From: an uncultured Acidobacteriota bacterium
GTDB lineage: Bacteria; Acidobacteriota; Blastocatellia; RBC074
Assembly (NCBI GenBank): GCA_963796275.1
Contig: CAWCKY010000001.1
Span: 320,001-384,000 of the forward strand
Length of the DNA stretch: 64,000 nucleotides
Direction of reading: 5' to 3'
Shown here: piece after piece, positions 1 to 10,947 of the stretch
How positions within the stretch are numbered: the first letter of the stretch is position 1
Layout: each line of letters starts with the position of its first letter
Notes under the pieces: model-generated
What the model was told of the DNA's origin: nothing
The model's database searches: none
Seen by the model: the letters and a program-made list of their open reading frames with translations, nothing else
Program-made: the position numbers and the translations under genes

Positions 1-1422
1 GTCGCGACGATTGGGCCCGCCTCAAGTTCTCCCGAGCAATTAAACGCATTAATTCGGGCGGGGATCGATGTTGTGCGCGTGAATATGTCCCACGGCGCGC
101 ACAACAGCCATGGAGAGACGATTAAAAACGCCCGGAAAATTGCCGCGGCCCTCAATCGACCGATCGCAATCCTCCTCGATCTTTGCGGCCCGAAAATCCG
201 CACCGGGCAACTGAAGGATCACAAACCCATCGCTCTCAATGCCGGAGAACGACTGATCATCACCACCCGTAATGTGGCTGGCGACGCGTCTATTATTTCG
301 ACAAATTATCTGAATTTGCCTAGAGACGTGGGCGAGGGTGACCGTCTGCTATTATCCGACGGCCATATAGAATTGCGGGTAGAGGGGATCGGAAAAGATG
401 AAGTAGTTTGCCGTGTAATCAATGGGGGCGAGCTGGGTGAGAATAAGGGAATCAATCTTCCGGGGATCAACATTTCCGCGCCTTCGCTCACCGAAAAAGA
501 TCGCGCGGACCTGCGCTTCGGACTGGAACAGGAAGTCGATTACATCGCACTATCATTTGTTCGCAGCGCGCGCGACTGTATAGACGCCAGGAACATCATC
601 TCATCGCACGGCTCCAACGCGTTGCTCATTGCAAAGATTGAAAAAGTCGAAGCCCTCAATGATCTGGATAACATCATCAACGCTTGTGATGGTGTTATGG
701 TGGCGCGCGGAGACCTCGGAGTGGAGACCGCGGTCGAGAGCGTTCCCTATTATCAAAAGCAGATCATCGCGAAGGCTAACGCGGCCGAGAAACTGGTGAT
801 CACCGCGACGCAGATGCTCGAATCGATGACCCACGAACCGCGCCCAACGCGTGCAGAAGCTTCGGATGTCGCCAATGCTGTCCTCGATGGCTCGGATGCG
901 TTGATGCTTTCGGCGGAAACAGCGGTGGGCGATTATCCCATGCAGGTTGTCGAAACGATGTCGCGCATAATCTGCTTCACCGAGACATCGTGCAACAGTG
1001 AGGCCCGTTATCGGGACCTGATCCATGACCACCAGACCGGGCAGGAGGGACGCGCCATCGCCGAAGCCGCGATCTTTGCCGCCCAGGAAATGCGCGCAAA
1101 ACTCATCGTAGTCTACAGCAAATCGGGGACCATGGCGCGTCACATCGCCGCGCTCCGGCCGGTCCAACGGATAATAGCCTTCACTCCGCATGAGAAGACC
1201 TATGCCAGCCTCGCCGCTGTATGGGGCATCGAACCGCTCCTGCTTGACTTCAGCGGACGGGCCGTCGAGTTATTAGAAAGAAGCGATGAGACACTGCTAA
1301 CAAGTGGCCTGGCGAGTTCCGGCGAGACGGTAGTCGTCATGGCGGGCCGCATACCGGAGCAGCCGAGCATCTCATCGATGATGAAGCTTCACCGTATCGG
1401 GGGGATAGAGGCGGCCGACTAG
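1..1422 (+). CDS. pyk: Pyruvate kinase (5' end outside window)
   Basis: Frame is open from base 1 (VATIGPAS...RVNMSHG). Motifs [37 protein letters not shown] and [25 protein letters not shown]. Confidence 0.97.
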   Translation, partial: VATIGPASSSPEQLNALIRAGIDVVRVNMSHGAHNSHGETIKNARKIAAALNRPIAILLDLCGPKIRTGQLKDHKPIALNAGERLIITTRNVAGDASIISTNYLNLPRDVGEGDRLLLSDGHIELRVEGIGKDEVVCRVINGGELGENKGINLPGINISAPSLTEKDRADLRFGLEQEVDYIALSFVRSARDCIDARNIISSHGSNALLIAKIEKVEALNDLDNIINACDGVMVARGDLGVETAVESVPYYQKQIIAKANAAEKLVITATQMLESMTHEPRPTRAEASDVANAVLDGSDALMLSAETAVGDYPMQVVETMSRIICFTETSCNSEARYRDLIHDHQTGQEGRAIAEAAIFAAQEMRAKLIVVYSKSGTMARHIAALRPVQRIIAFTPHEKTYASLAAVWGIEPLLLDFSGRAVELLERSDETLLTSGLASSGETVVVMAGRIPEQPSISSMMKLHRIGGIEAAD

Positions 1423-1536
1423 CGCCATCAAAATCGTGGATCATTTCAGCGGATAGTGATATAAAGGAGCCCCGTTCATATCCAACTCGTTAATCCAAAT
1501 CAGAAAAACCCAAGTTTGAAAGGAGATATCCCTAAT

Positions 1537-1932
1537 ATGAAATCCGGTGTATCGCAGGTGCCTGTCCCAACCGATCTTCGAACCCTCCTCGGTGAAGGCA
1601 CATCGCTGACTGGTGAAGTGAAATTTACTGAAATAATGAAGGTAGACTGCCGGGTCTCCGGCAAAATTTCATCAGAAGACGGTAGCCTCATTGTGAGTGA
1701 GAATGGCGAAGTTCAGGCAGACATCGATGCGGGATTTGTCGAAGTAATTGGGTTGGTAGAGGGGAAAATTAACGCTAAGTACAAAATTGAGATCCGCCCC
1801 GGCGGGCGCGTTTATGGCGATATCATTACACCTACTCTGACCATCGAACAGGGCGCAATCTTCGACGGAAAGTGCCATATGATCGATGAAAGCCAGAAGG
1901 CAAGTAAACTTTCCCAGGTTGTTAATATCTAG
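1537..1932 (+). CDS. Bactofilin / polymer-forming cytoskeletal protein (CcmA/DUF583-like)
   Basis: TLLGEGTSLTGEV...GRVYGDIITPTLTIEQGAIFDGKCHM beta-helix pattern. AGGAG RBS at 1521 precedes ATG 1537. Confidence 0.9.
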   Translation: MKSGVSQVPVPTDLRTLLGEGTSLTGEVKFTEIMKVDCRVSGKISSEDGSLIVSENGEVQADIDAGFVEVIGLVEGKINAKYKIEIRPGGRVYGDIITPTLTIEQGAIFDGKCHMIDESQKASKLSQVVNI

Positions 1933-2068
1933 CATCCAATTTTCATTGGGACGTTCGTCTCACGCAACGGCGCAAAAATAAGGTGGGGAAAAGTGAAAGG
2001 GATGGACTTCCTTAAAATCTTTCGCTTCTCGCCCTTTTTGTGCCCTGCGTGAGCTTGCCGTCTTCTCT

Positions 2069-3622
2069 TCATTGCAATCTACTTTTGACGGATTTACCGA
2101 TTGCGACGTGAAAGATCGCGCTCTTGCCTGCTGCGTGCGGCGAGAAAAATTTGATTACGTCGTCGTCATAAAACGTAAGTCCGGTCGCTCCGAACCCCTG
2201 GCCATAGGCTGCCAGGTACATCTTCCCTCCGATAATTCCGGCCTCAAGCTGCACTGCCCGATATCCGCGATTGCCATAGCGTTCAAGCACCGATTTCAAA
2301 TCGGCGATTAAGAACGCGGTCGCGCTCGCGTCTTCAGGCAGTTTCTGTTCGAGGCCGAGATACCCTGCCTCCTCGCGAAACGAACCTGCTTTGAGTAACT
2401 CCAATGCCCGGGCATCGCGGTGGAATACATAAGCACCTGGCTGCAACCCTTCTATCGCATGCACAATCAAATAAATTTCATTGAGATGCGTATGCGAGGG
2501 ATCGAGGAAATCGGCTGGGATCGTTTGCAGGGAGCTGAGAAGCCAGGTTGAGAATTCCCCGAAACTGATCGCCTCGCCGCGTGCGAAACGCCGCGTCGAT
2601 CCGCGCTTTAAAATTACGTCCCCGAGCTGCGTGGGCGACGCATCTCCATCGCTCAAAGGCACGAGCGGGATCATATCTCCTACCGGATCAGGGAGGAGTT
2701 GCTGCGGTGTGTCTCCGCGCCATTCCCGGACTTCGGTCTCTGTAACGAGCGATGATGAGTTATGAATCTGGCGCATCACGGGATAGTCAATTTCATTTGG
2801 TGAAAGAGGCACGGTTTCGAAATTGAGCTGTTCGAGCTCCGCCGGCGGTTCCGGCGGCGGGGCTGAAGTACGCCCCAGCGCCACGAGCGAAAAGGCAACT
2901 TCGCGCGCAGAATCGATGCTGAGCAGCCGGTTCACCTGCTCATCCACAAAACCCATCACGACACGCGCCGGAAGGTCGAGCGCCGCAGCCGTTGCGAGCA
3001 AGTTAGCGAGGATAGTGCCATTGTCCCATCCGAAATGCCGATAAGTTCGCGCTTGATATTTCCAGGCATTGCGCCAGTAAGTGCCAGTGCAGATTATCGT
3101 TACAGGAGCAGCGGCAATGGCGGGCTCATTCCCCGTCGCCCTGGCGATCAAGCCGCGATAGTCGCCAGCCCGCAACCGCCGCAAAGACAAGTCCTGAGGG
3201 TTATAGTGATAAATGCCGGAGGACAGATCGGGCAGATCGCTGCAGACAAGATACAATTCTATTTCGTAGAGCGCACCTGTGCAGGAGGCCGCGCGAAAGA
3301 GCATCTCTCCGCCCGGATTTTTTTTGATCTTTGTGATTCCGGCCGAATAATAGAGCAATTGAACGAGCGTGCTCAGATCGGGGACTGTTCCGGCTGCGAG
3401 GTCGGGGTAGGTCGTTGAGATTGCCGCGAGCGCCGGCATCGCTAACGGCGGCGCTTCGCGAGGCAGTACTATAGGACTGAGCGTTGAATAGATTTTAAAT
3501 GGCAGGGGTTTGTTGGACCAATCGAGGAAATGAGCATTTCGGCGAATGCTCCAGAAGGAATGTTTCGTTCCGTCGTGATAGGTCCAGGCCGCTACCAGAT
3601 CGCGGTTATTCATACCGCTCAT
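2069..3622 (-). CDS. SagB/ThcOx-family two-domain nitroreductase-like dehydrogenase
   Basis: RAASCTGALYEIELY, WKYQARTYRH and RYGNRGYRAVQLEAG motifs in a duplicated nitroreductase fold. Confidence 0.85.
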   Translation of the reverse strand: MSGMNNRDLVAAWTYHDGTKHSFWSIRRNAHFLDWSNKPLPFKIYSTLSPIVLPREAPPLAMPALAAISTTYPDLAAGTVPDLSTLVQLLYYSAGITKIKKNPGGEMLFRAASCTGALYEIELYLVCSDLPDLSSGIYHYNPQDLSLRRLRAGDYRGLIARATGNEPAIAAAPVTIICTGTYWRNAWKYQARTYRHFGWDNGTILANLLATAAALDLPARVVMGFVDEQVNRLLSIDSAREVAFSLVALGRTSAPPPEPPAELEQLNFETVPLSPNEIDYPVMRQIHNSSSLVTETEVREWRGDTPQQLLPDPVGDMIPLVPLSDGDASPTQLGDVILKRGSTRRFARGEAISFGEFSTWLLSSLQTIPADFLDPSHTHLNEIYLIVHAIEGLQPGAYVFHRDARALELLKAGSFREEAGYLGLEQKLPEDASATAFLIADLKSVLERYGNRGYRAVQLEAGIIGGKMYLAAYGQGFGATGLTFYDDDVIKFFSPHAAGKSAIFHVAIGKSVKSRLQ

Positions 3623-4017
3623 CCCATCGTGCTGGTGCGTTCCGGTTTGATCTTGTAGAGAATCCGCACTTCGCCCTGATTTCGGTAAGGATATACATCC
3701 ACGCCGAGATATTTCTTGGCCATCTTGTTTATGTGGTCGTCAGCGCCTTCATGCGTACGTTCAACGACGCGGCCGCGAACCTCGAGATATCGATAAGGAT
3801 TGTCAGGATCCAGGATCGATAGTGAAACTCGCGGCTCTCGTTGCAGGTTCTGATCTTTCACTCTGCCGGCCGCGGTATTGATCAGTACGTTTTCTCCATC
3901 GTAATCGCACCAGACCGGTGTGACCTGCGGCGATCCGTCCGGCATCAGAGTGGCTAAATTGGCGAACGCTTTCTTTTTGAAAAGATCTAGATATTTGTCC
4001 GGAATTGTTTTTGCCAT
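3619..4017 (-). CDS. PPOX-class (split beta-barrel) probable F420-dependent oxidoreductase
   Basis: LATLMPDGSPQVTPVW...RVKDQNLQREPRVSLSI...NPYRYLEVRG. Confidence 0.9.
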   Translation of the reverse strand: MAKTIPDKYLDLFKKKAFANLATLMPDGSPQVTPVWCDYDGENVLINTAAGRVKDQNLQREPRVSLSILDPDNPYRYLEVRGRVVERTHEGADDHINKMAKKYLGVDVYPYRNQGEVRILYKIKPERTSTMG

Positions 4018-4166
4018 CGCTTATACTCCCTCAGAACTACTTGATAGTCTTTAATTGTTAGTTTTTAGTTGTTAATGGCAGTTTGTGAAAATTGCCGTCA
4101 CAACTTCTTGCTATCAACTATCAACTATCAACTATATATTATCAACTGTTTTTTCTTGTTTCATTT

Positions 4167-5192
4167 TCATAATACTAACTCTGCCATGGTACGCAGAGCA
4201 TTGATATCCGATAGACCACAAATCATGGTGGTCGTTCCGCTGTTCCGCCAGACCTGAAGCCGTTCCGCGATCCTTTGGCGTGGTCCACATAGGGCGACAT
4301 CGTCAACCAATTCGTCTGGGACGGCATGGGCCGCTTCCTTCTTCTTGCCTGCGAGGTAGAGGTCCTGAATCTTGTGCGCAGCTTCCTCGAAGCCGTATCG
4401 GCACGCGATGTTGAAGTAGAAGTTTTTATCGCGCGCACCCATACCACCGATGTAGAGCGCGAGGAAAGGTTTTACTGCGTCGCGACAGGCATTCACGTCA
4501 TCACCCATACTGACCGTCACGGTCGGAGCGATATCGAAGTCCTTTATCGATTTGCCGCCCCCCGCCTGCGCGAGACCTCGATCGAGCCACTCGCGGTAGA
4601 TGTCCATTCGCGCCGGCGAGAAAAAGACCGGCAGCCAGCCATCGGCGATCTCGGCAGCGAGCTCGACGTTCTTCGGGCCAACAGCGGCCAGATAGATCGG
4701 GATGTTGGGACGCAGCGGATGAAAGATAAGCTTGAGAGGCTTGCCGAGGCCGGAGCCATCCCTGGAGGGGATATCGTAATGTTCGCCGTGATGCTCCAGC
4801 GGCTGCTCGCGCTTCCAAACCTTGCGCATGATCTCGATATACTCCCGCGCGCGCGTGACCGGCTTGCCGTAAGGCAGGCCGTGCCAGCCTTCAACGACCT
4901 GGGGGCCCGAAGCTCCGATGCCGGCGAGCATGCGACCTCCGGTGAGCAGGTCGATCGTTGCCGCAGTCATGGCCGCCACCACTGGCGCTCTGGCGGTCAT
5001 CTGCATAATAGCCGTGCCGACATTGATCTTTTCTGTTTTTGCCGCCAGCCAGACGAGTGGAGAGATCGCATCTGAACCATAGGCCTCCGCAGTCCAGACC
5101 GAGTGATATCCGAGACGATCGGCTTCCTGGGCAAGAGCGATGTAATCAATCGGTGATGATCCCCAGTAACCGAGATTCAAGCCTAGTCGCAT
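4167..5192 (-). CDS. LLM-class probable F420-dependent oxidoreductase
   Basis: [26 protein letters not shown] and [15 protein letters not shown] motifs. Confidence 0.92.
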   Translation of the reverse strand: MRLGLNLGYWGSSPIDYIALAQEADRLGYHSVWTAEAYGSDAISPLVWLAAKTEKINVGTAIMQMTARAPVVAAMTAATIDLLTGGRMLAGIGASGPQVVEGWHGLPYGKPVTRAREYIEIMRKVWKREQPLEHHGEHYDIPSRDGSGLGKPLKLIFHPLRPNIPIYLAAVGPKNVELAAEIADGWLPVFFSPARMDIYREWLDRGLAQAGGGKSIKDFDIAPTVTVSMGDDVNACRDAVKPFLALYIGGMGARDKNFYFNIACRYGFEEAAHKIQDLYLAGKKKEAAHAVPDELVDDVALCGPRQRIAERLQVWRNSGTTTMICGLSDINALRTMAELVL

Positions 5193-5507
5193 TGGTTCTC
5201 TCCTTTATAATTAGACTGGGTTGACGGGATTATCCAAGATCAACGGGATTTCCCGGCCCGGCCCATAAAATACAGGCGATCAATGAAATGTCATCAACCA
5301 TATTATCAGCAGTCTGAACCATATCTTCGATCAGACTGTTTCAATATGCGCAATCTTACTTGAAATGACAGGTTTCGACCGAGGTATCATTCGCCGAATC
5401 TATTTTGCCGCTCCGGAATCTAGCCTGCCGCTCTCAACTCTCATTCATTCTCCAGACCATCGATGCTGAAAGACAGGTTGAGTTGAGATATCGCCAACGA
5501 CGATGAC

Positions 5508-7251
5508 TCAGAGTGTCGCAGAAATCTCCGCGATCTCCTTCAAATAGTCCGATAATTCTTTAAACCCGCCGTTTTCAATCTTCATTTGCCACAGCCAGTC
5601 AACAGAAACGCGTTTCCCAGTCAGCCGGCCGTTCACCTCTTCCCATGCACATTCGCGAGCCAGACATGCCAAATAGAACAACCAAATCATTCGTTGCGCA
5701 AAAGTTTTGAACACTACGCCGGCTGCGGATTCGTCGAGGAGAAGGAGGGAATCGAGCTTTGCCCGCAAATCCTCGACGTGCTCCAAGCCCTTGCTCTTCA
5801 TATACCCGTCATCCAGGCCCTCGAACCATTCAGTCAGCACCGCGCAGAAAGCATCGTGTAGTCTGTAGCGGTGTAGATCACGCACAGACTGTGCCAGCAG
5901 CGTATTGTGCGCCCCTTCCCATGTCTCGAAGATCACGCTGTCGCGCAACAGACGCGGCAATACCGAAAAATTCTCCATAGCGCCATTCCCGCCCAAAATC
6001 TCGATCCCACGTCGAATCACATCGGTGCCCAAGCTCGAACTGCAATACTTATTCAGGTTGACGACAAGCCGGAAAAACTTCTGGCCCTTTTCATCCGCTT
6101 CGCCCGCTTCGATCTGGTCACGCAGATGCGCGAGATGAAGACTGCCCGAGGTCAGCGCCATTGTGATGGTGCGCATCTCGGCGAGAGTCTCCTGCACCAG
6201 TGGGAAATCCTTGATCGCCGTTCCAAAAGCCTGCCGATGCTGCGCGTAGGTCCATGCGATGAGGTAAGCCCGCCGCGCGGCTGCAGCCGACCCGGCCGAA
6301 TTGTATAGGCGCGAGGTATTGATCACATAATCCATCGCGTGCTGAAAGCCGCGCCCGGGCCCGCCAATCTGATAGGCGATCGCATCACGGAAATCCACCT
6401 CAGCGGTCGCAAGAGACTTTGTTCCGAGTTTGTCCTTCAAGCGGCGGATGAAAATCCCGTTCGTAGCCCCACCGTCGAGCAGACGCGGTACCAGGAAGAG
6501 AGCCAGACCTTTTGTTCCCGCGGGAGCATCTTGTGGGCGCGCAGTTACCAACGCCAGAATCTGCGGTTACATTTGAGCAAAACCACTTCTCGCCGTTTAT
6601 CGCCCATATATTTCTTTTTTCATCCAGCAAAGTAGCGCTAACGGCATTGGTCCCGACATCGGAGCCTCCCTGCACTTCGGTCAGAAATTGGGCTCCATGA
6701 AACTTCGTCGAGTAATTCGGATCGAGCAATTTCGGGAGATATTTCGCCTTCAACTCGTCGTCCCCGGCGTATTGCAGAGTTTTGATGACCCCTGCGGTAC
6801 AGGCGAGCGGGCAGTTATGACCTGCCTCGCCGTTATAGGAGGACAGATAAAAGAGCGTTAGTGCGAGCAGGTTGTTGCCGGGTTCCGCATAAACTGACAT
6901 CGCCCCCGACCCATAAATGTATTTACCGGCAAAATGATGATCGGTGCAGTGCATGACACCTTCATTGCGCTCGCCGATGGCCGAATAACGATCTAGCCGA
7001 GGCAGATTATCGGCCTCATTAGCGCTTCTCGCGGCCTGATCGACGATCGTCGCCGCTTCAAACCCGAACCTTGAAAGTCTTTCAGTATGCGAGCGCAAAC
7101 GATCGGGGCCCCAATAAAATTCGAGGACGTTTTGTAGATGGCGATCCGACTCATAGAAATTTTCCGGCTGGCCGCGGTCCCATTCCGCCAGCGCGCGCCG
7201 GCCTTTTTCGAAGGCCTGGGTTTGTTCGGGTTCTTTGATCGGTACGCTCAT
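5508..7251 (-). pseudogene. AidB-like acyl-CoA dehydrogenase split by a 1-nt frameshift near 6559 (pseudogene or sequencing indel)
   Basis: N-half (AQFLTEVQGGSDV...GEKWFCSNVTAD) and C-half (VTARP...RRLKDKLGT...WEGAHN) are in different frames. Deleting one T from GATTCTG (minus strand) gives continuous VTADLALVTARP. Confidence 0.85.
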
Positions 7252-7321
7252 TAAATGACTCCTCAGAAAATAGTTTTCAGTTTTCAGTTGGGAGGTCCCG
7301 ATCGTCAACTGAAACTGAAAA

Positions 7322-8167
7322 CTATTTCGCCTTTTCCAACAGTTTCTTGGCCGCCGTGAGATGCAATTGATCGACCATCTTTCCCTCCAGCAATACAACA
7401 CCGCGGCCTGCCGCGTGTGCGGCTTCGAGAGCGGCTACCACGCGCTGAGCTTCGGCAATTTGTTCCGCGGTCGGCGCGAAAACCTCGTTGACGATCTCAA
7501 TATGAGAGGGATGGATGATCGTCTTGCCGTCATAACCGAGATTGCGCGATGCATGGCACCTGCGGCGCAGACCCTGCAGATCAGCAATCGCGAAATGCGG
7601 TGAATCGTAAGCCGCTACTCCCGCTGCGCGCGCCGCCATCAGAACCTGCGAGCGGGCGACGAAAAGTTCAGCTTCGTCATCGCTCAACAAACACCCAATT
7701 TCGCGCGCCAGATCCGCTGCGCCGAAGAGAAGACCGACCACCAGTTCGTTAGCTTGCGCGATCTCACGACTCGCGCACACACCGCGGGGCGTTTCAATCT
7801 GACAAAGTATCTTGTTGCGGGGCTCGAACGCGCGCTGGTGGTAGCGGCTTTTGATGACGGGCGCGATCGTCGTGACGTCATCTACACTTTCGATCTTGGG
7901 GATGACGATGCCGGGCACACCGCTGGCAGCCACCGCTCGCGCATCTTCCAGTCCCCATTCCGTTTGAAGTGAGTTGATGCGTACGTAAACCTCCCGGCCG
8001 CTAAAGTCCATTTCGCGCAGCATCCCCGCGACCGTCGCCCGCGCTTCGATCTTCTGCTCGGGCGCGATCGCGTCCTCGAGGTCCAGGATCAATGCATCGG
8101 CTGCCGAATCGTGCGCCTTCAAAATCATGCGCTCCGAGATGCCCGGAACGTATAGCAAGCTACGCAT
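7322..8167 (-). CDS. CitE-like CoA-ester lyase (HpcH/HpaI aldolase/citrate lyase family)
   Basis: RSLLYVPG, DLEDAI, VRIN, IETPRG and GKTIIHPSHI motifs. Confidence 0.92.
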   Translation of the reverse strand: MRSLLYVPGISERMILKAHDSAADALILDLEDAIAPEQKIEARATVAGMLREMDFSGREVYVRINSLQTEWGLEDARAVAASGVPGIVIPKIESVDDVTTIAPVIKSRYHQRAFEPRNKILCQIETPRGVCASREIAQANELVVGLLFGAADLAREIGCLLSDDEAELFVARSQVLMAARAAGVAAYDSPHFAIADLQGLRRRCHASRNLGYDGKTIIHPSHIEIVNEVFAPTAEQIAEAQRVVAALEAAHAAGRGVVLLEGKMVDQLHLTAAKKLLEKAK

Positions 8168-8658
8168 TACCGTTCACCCCCATTAAAACCTGGGGGAGCG
8201 TAGCCCTCAGAGCCGCTTTTCGGCACGAGCACACGACGGCGGAAGGTCAGTACCACTTCATCGTTTTGATTGCGCGCCCGCGTTTCGACGTAGATGATGC
8301 CACGGTCAGACTTGCGATCGGATTCGCGTTTATCGAGTACCTCGGTCTCGGAATAGATAGTGTCTCCGTGAAAGGTAGGTCCGAGATGTTTGATGTATTC
8401 GTACTCAAGATTGGCAATGCAGCGACCGCTGACATCTGCGACGGACATTCCGACTGCGAGTGCGAAAACGAAAGTCCCATTGACCAACCGCCGCCCGTGT
8501 TGCGTGCTCTGCGCGTAATTTTCATCAATATGCAGCGGATTCTGGTTCATCGTCATGAGACTGAACCACGTGTCGTCGAACTCAGTAATTGTGCGTCCCG
8601 GCCAGTGCCGATAGACATCGCCCACCGTGAACTCCTCAAAGTATCTTCCGTAACCCAT
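8167..8658 (-). CDS. MaoC-family dehydratase
   Basis: GRYFEEFTVGDVYRHWPGRTITE...NQNPLHID hot-dog fold signature. Confidence 0.92.
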   Translation of the reverse strand: MGYGRYFEEFTVGDVYRHWPGRTITEFDDTWFSLMTMNQNPLHIDENYAQSTQHGRRLVNGTFVFALAVGMSVADVSGRCIANLEYEYIKHLGPTFHGDTIYSETEVLDKRESDRKSDRGIIYVETRARNQNDEVVLTFRRRVLVPKSGSEGYAPPGFNGGER

Positions 8659-8664
8659 ATTCCC

Positions 8665-9822
8665 TCATTTAATAGGATATTTTGCGATCAGCCCCCTGGC
8701 GATGATCAGCCGCTGCAGCTCATTCGTTCCGCCGCCGATGATAAGCAGCGGCGCATCGCGATAATAACGTTCGACGCGCAGGTCTTTCGAATAACCGGCA
8801 CCGCCGTGGATCCGCAAAGACTGAAGCGCTACGTCCTGAGCCGTCTCGGTTGCAAACAGTTTCGCCATTCCTACTTCTAGATCGCAGCGCTCGCCGCGGT
8901 CCTTCTTCTCTGCCGCCGAATAGACCAATAACCGGGCCGCCTCGATCTTCGTTCCCATCTCGGCCAACATATTCTGAATAGTCTGATACTCGCCGATCGG
9001 TTTGCCGAATGTGTAGCGCTGCTGCGCGTATGATATCGCGTCTTCGAAGGCGGCTCGCGCAAGCCCGACGCCCCGCGCGGCCACATTGATGCGCTCGCTC
9101 TCCAGGCCGGTCATAATCTGTTTGAAACCATCGCCTTCGCGCCCGCCGATCAGGTTCTTCGCGGGTACGAAGAAGTTATCGAAAAACAGCTCGCACGTCT
9201 CGACGCCGCGGTAACCCAACTTGTCGATATCCCGCCCGACTATGAACCCCTCGCCGCCCTTCTCAATGACAAATGCCGAGATGCCTTTATATGGCGGCTC
9301 GGCGTGAATATCGGTCTTTGCCGCAAGGACAAAGGTATCGCCATAACGGCCATTCGTGATCCACATCTTGGAGCCGTTTATCAGGTAACCGTCGCCTTTG
9401 CGCACCGCAGTCGTCCTGATACGTTGCACATCCGTGCCGGCATCTGCTTCGGATAAAGCCAGTCCACCGCGGCGTTGGCCACTTGCGAGTCCCGGCAGAA
9501 ATTCGCGCTTCTGCTCGGCGGTGCCGAAGCGAGTTATGATGTCGCAGATTACCGAATGCGTTCCGATAGGGCCGACGAGGCTCATCCATCCGCGCGACAG
9601 TTCCTCGACGATCAGCGCAAATGTCGTATAGCTCAATCCCAGCCCGCCATATTCCTCGGGGACGTTGCAGCTGAAAAGTCCCAGATCTTTCATCACTCCG
9701 ATGATTTCGTGAGGATATTCGTGATTGTTCTCGATTTGGCTGGCGAGCGGAATTACCTGGCGCTCGACAAACTCGCGGATGCTGTTGAGAATCTGCTGCT
9801 GCACTTCGTCGAGCGTAAACAT
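8665..9822 (-). CDS. Acyl-CoA dehydrogenase
   Basis: ALSEADAGTD, NGSKMWITNG, RYTFGKPIG and IHGGAGY...ERYYRDA motifs. Confidence 0.95.
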   Translation of the reverse strand: MFTLDEVQQQILNSIREFVERQVIPLASQIENNHEYPHEIIGVMKDLGLFSCNVPEEYGGLGLSYTTFALIVEELSRGWMSLVGPIGTHSVICDIITRFGTAEQKREFLPGLASGQRRGGLALSEADAGTDVQRIRTTAVRKGDGYLINGSKMWITNGRYGDTFVLAAKTDIHAEPPYKGISAFVIEKGGEGFIVGRDIDKLGYRGVETCELFFDNFFVPAKNLIGGREGDGFKQIMTGLESERINVAARGVGLARAAFEDAISYAQQRYTFGKPIGEYQTIQNMLAEMGTKIEAARLLVYSAAEKKDRGERCDLEVGMAKLFATETAQDVALQSLRIHGGAGYSKDLRVERYYRDAPLLIIGGGTNELQRLIIARGLIAKYPIK

Positions 9823-9849
9823 AGTTTAACCCTTTCCGGTAGTAGTTTA

Positions 9850-10599
9850 TTATGCCAACTTTGAGAGTCTATTCTCCCCCTGTGACGATTGTCTACGGCG
9901 CCCCAACCAACGGCGCAGAGTGATTACCCAGGAGAGCGCGAAGTAGTAGACGGGGAAAGCAAGCGAAGCCCATACTAGTGGTCTCGCATCTTCGAAGACC
10001 TGGGCTACTATCAAGATCAATGATAGACCCCACAGGAGACAAAGGACGATGGTCAGCTTATTCAACGGTCCGCCGCGCGAGGGATAGAGATAGAGCGATG
10101 GGACAAACGTCAGGAGCGCCAGGATGAGAATGATCCCCACAGAAATCCAGACCGGCAGCTGCATCCAATACAGGTAAGCCGCCACGACATTCCAGTACGA
10201 AGGAAAACCAAGAAAAAAGTTATCCGCGGTCTTGGCGTTCGTCTGAGAGAAGCCATAGATGCTGGCGAGGAGCGGCACCAGCAACAATAAATTCATACTC
10301 CCTGGCAAAATCTCCGCGCGCCAGATGAAGAGAAGAGGCAGTGATGTATATGTCTGGAAGTCTATGATGTCGTCGAGTCGCCGGCCATCCAATTGTGGGA
10401 CAAATTCTTTAACGCGCGCCTGTCGGGCCAACCAGCCGTCGGTCGTATCGATAAACGTGGCAAAGATCATGAGCGCGATCAACAGGCGGAAAGATTCCTC
10501 ATCGCCGCGCACAATGAGCACAGCCATACCTGCCGCTGCTATTAGTCCGAGCGTGGTGTAGCAATGAGCACACCATGCGAACAATTTCTCCTGGAACAT
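9850..10599 (-). CDS. CDP-alcohol phosphatidyltransferase, phosphatidylcholine-synthase-like
   Basis: DTTDGWLAR...DGRRLDDIIDF motif, FLGFPSYWN, multiple TM segments. Confidence 0.8.
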   Translation of the reverse strand: MFQEKLFAWCAHCYTTLGLIAAAGMAVLIVRGDEESFRLLIALMIFATFIDTTDGWLARQARVKEFVPQLDGRRLDDIIDFQTYTSLPLLFIWRAEILPGSMNLLLLVPLLASIYGFSQTNAKTADNFFLGFPSYWNVVAAYLYWMQLPVWISVGIILILALLTFVPSLYLYPSRGGPLNKLTIVLCLLWGLSLILIVAQVFEDARPLVWASLAFPVYYFALSWVITLRRWLGRRRQSSQGENRLSKLA

Positions 10600-10775
10600 T
10601 CTTTTTGTTAAATATTGATTTTAAGATAATGAATCTTCACCCCATGAAGATGAGAGAAAGCAGCCGGGATAATATCCTTTTCCTTACCCATTTTTCGCAC
10701 GTTATGCATATTTCTTCAACGCTTAGCGAAGGAAGAGATGCGTCTTCGGTGCAAAGATCTGGAGAATTGAAGGAG

Positions 10776-10929
10776 GGAGCGCAGCACTACCCCTCAAGAC
10801 CGATCCGAGAGTTAAACACATCCTGTCTGGATGTGAAAGACTGGGGCTCTCATATTCTTTCAAGGGTGGAAGGGTTCCGTGGGCTTAATGCCGCACTCCG
10901 ACCCCGGCCACCCCCTGGCCACGCGGGTC
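10776..10929 (-). ncRNA. Candidate structured RNA (leader or sRNA), family unassigned
   Basis: On the minus strand a 14-bp stem GGAGUGCGGCAUUA/UAGUGCUGCGCUCC with G-U pairs encloses nested stems GAGAG/CUCUC and CACAUCC/GGAUGUG. It is preceded by a GC-rich hairpin with a GGGGG loop. Confidence 0.5.
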
Positions 10930-10947
10930 AAGATGGAGCACGATTTC

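Noticed and set aside
2069-3622. RiPP (azole peptide) biosynthetic cluster
   Set aside because: No YcaO, E1-like protein, precursor peptide or dedicated transporter next to the SagB-like gene.
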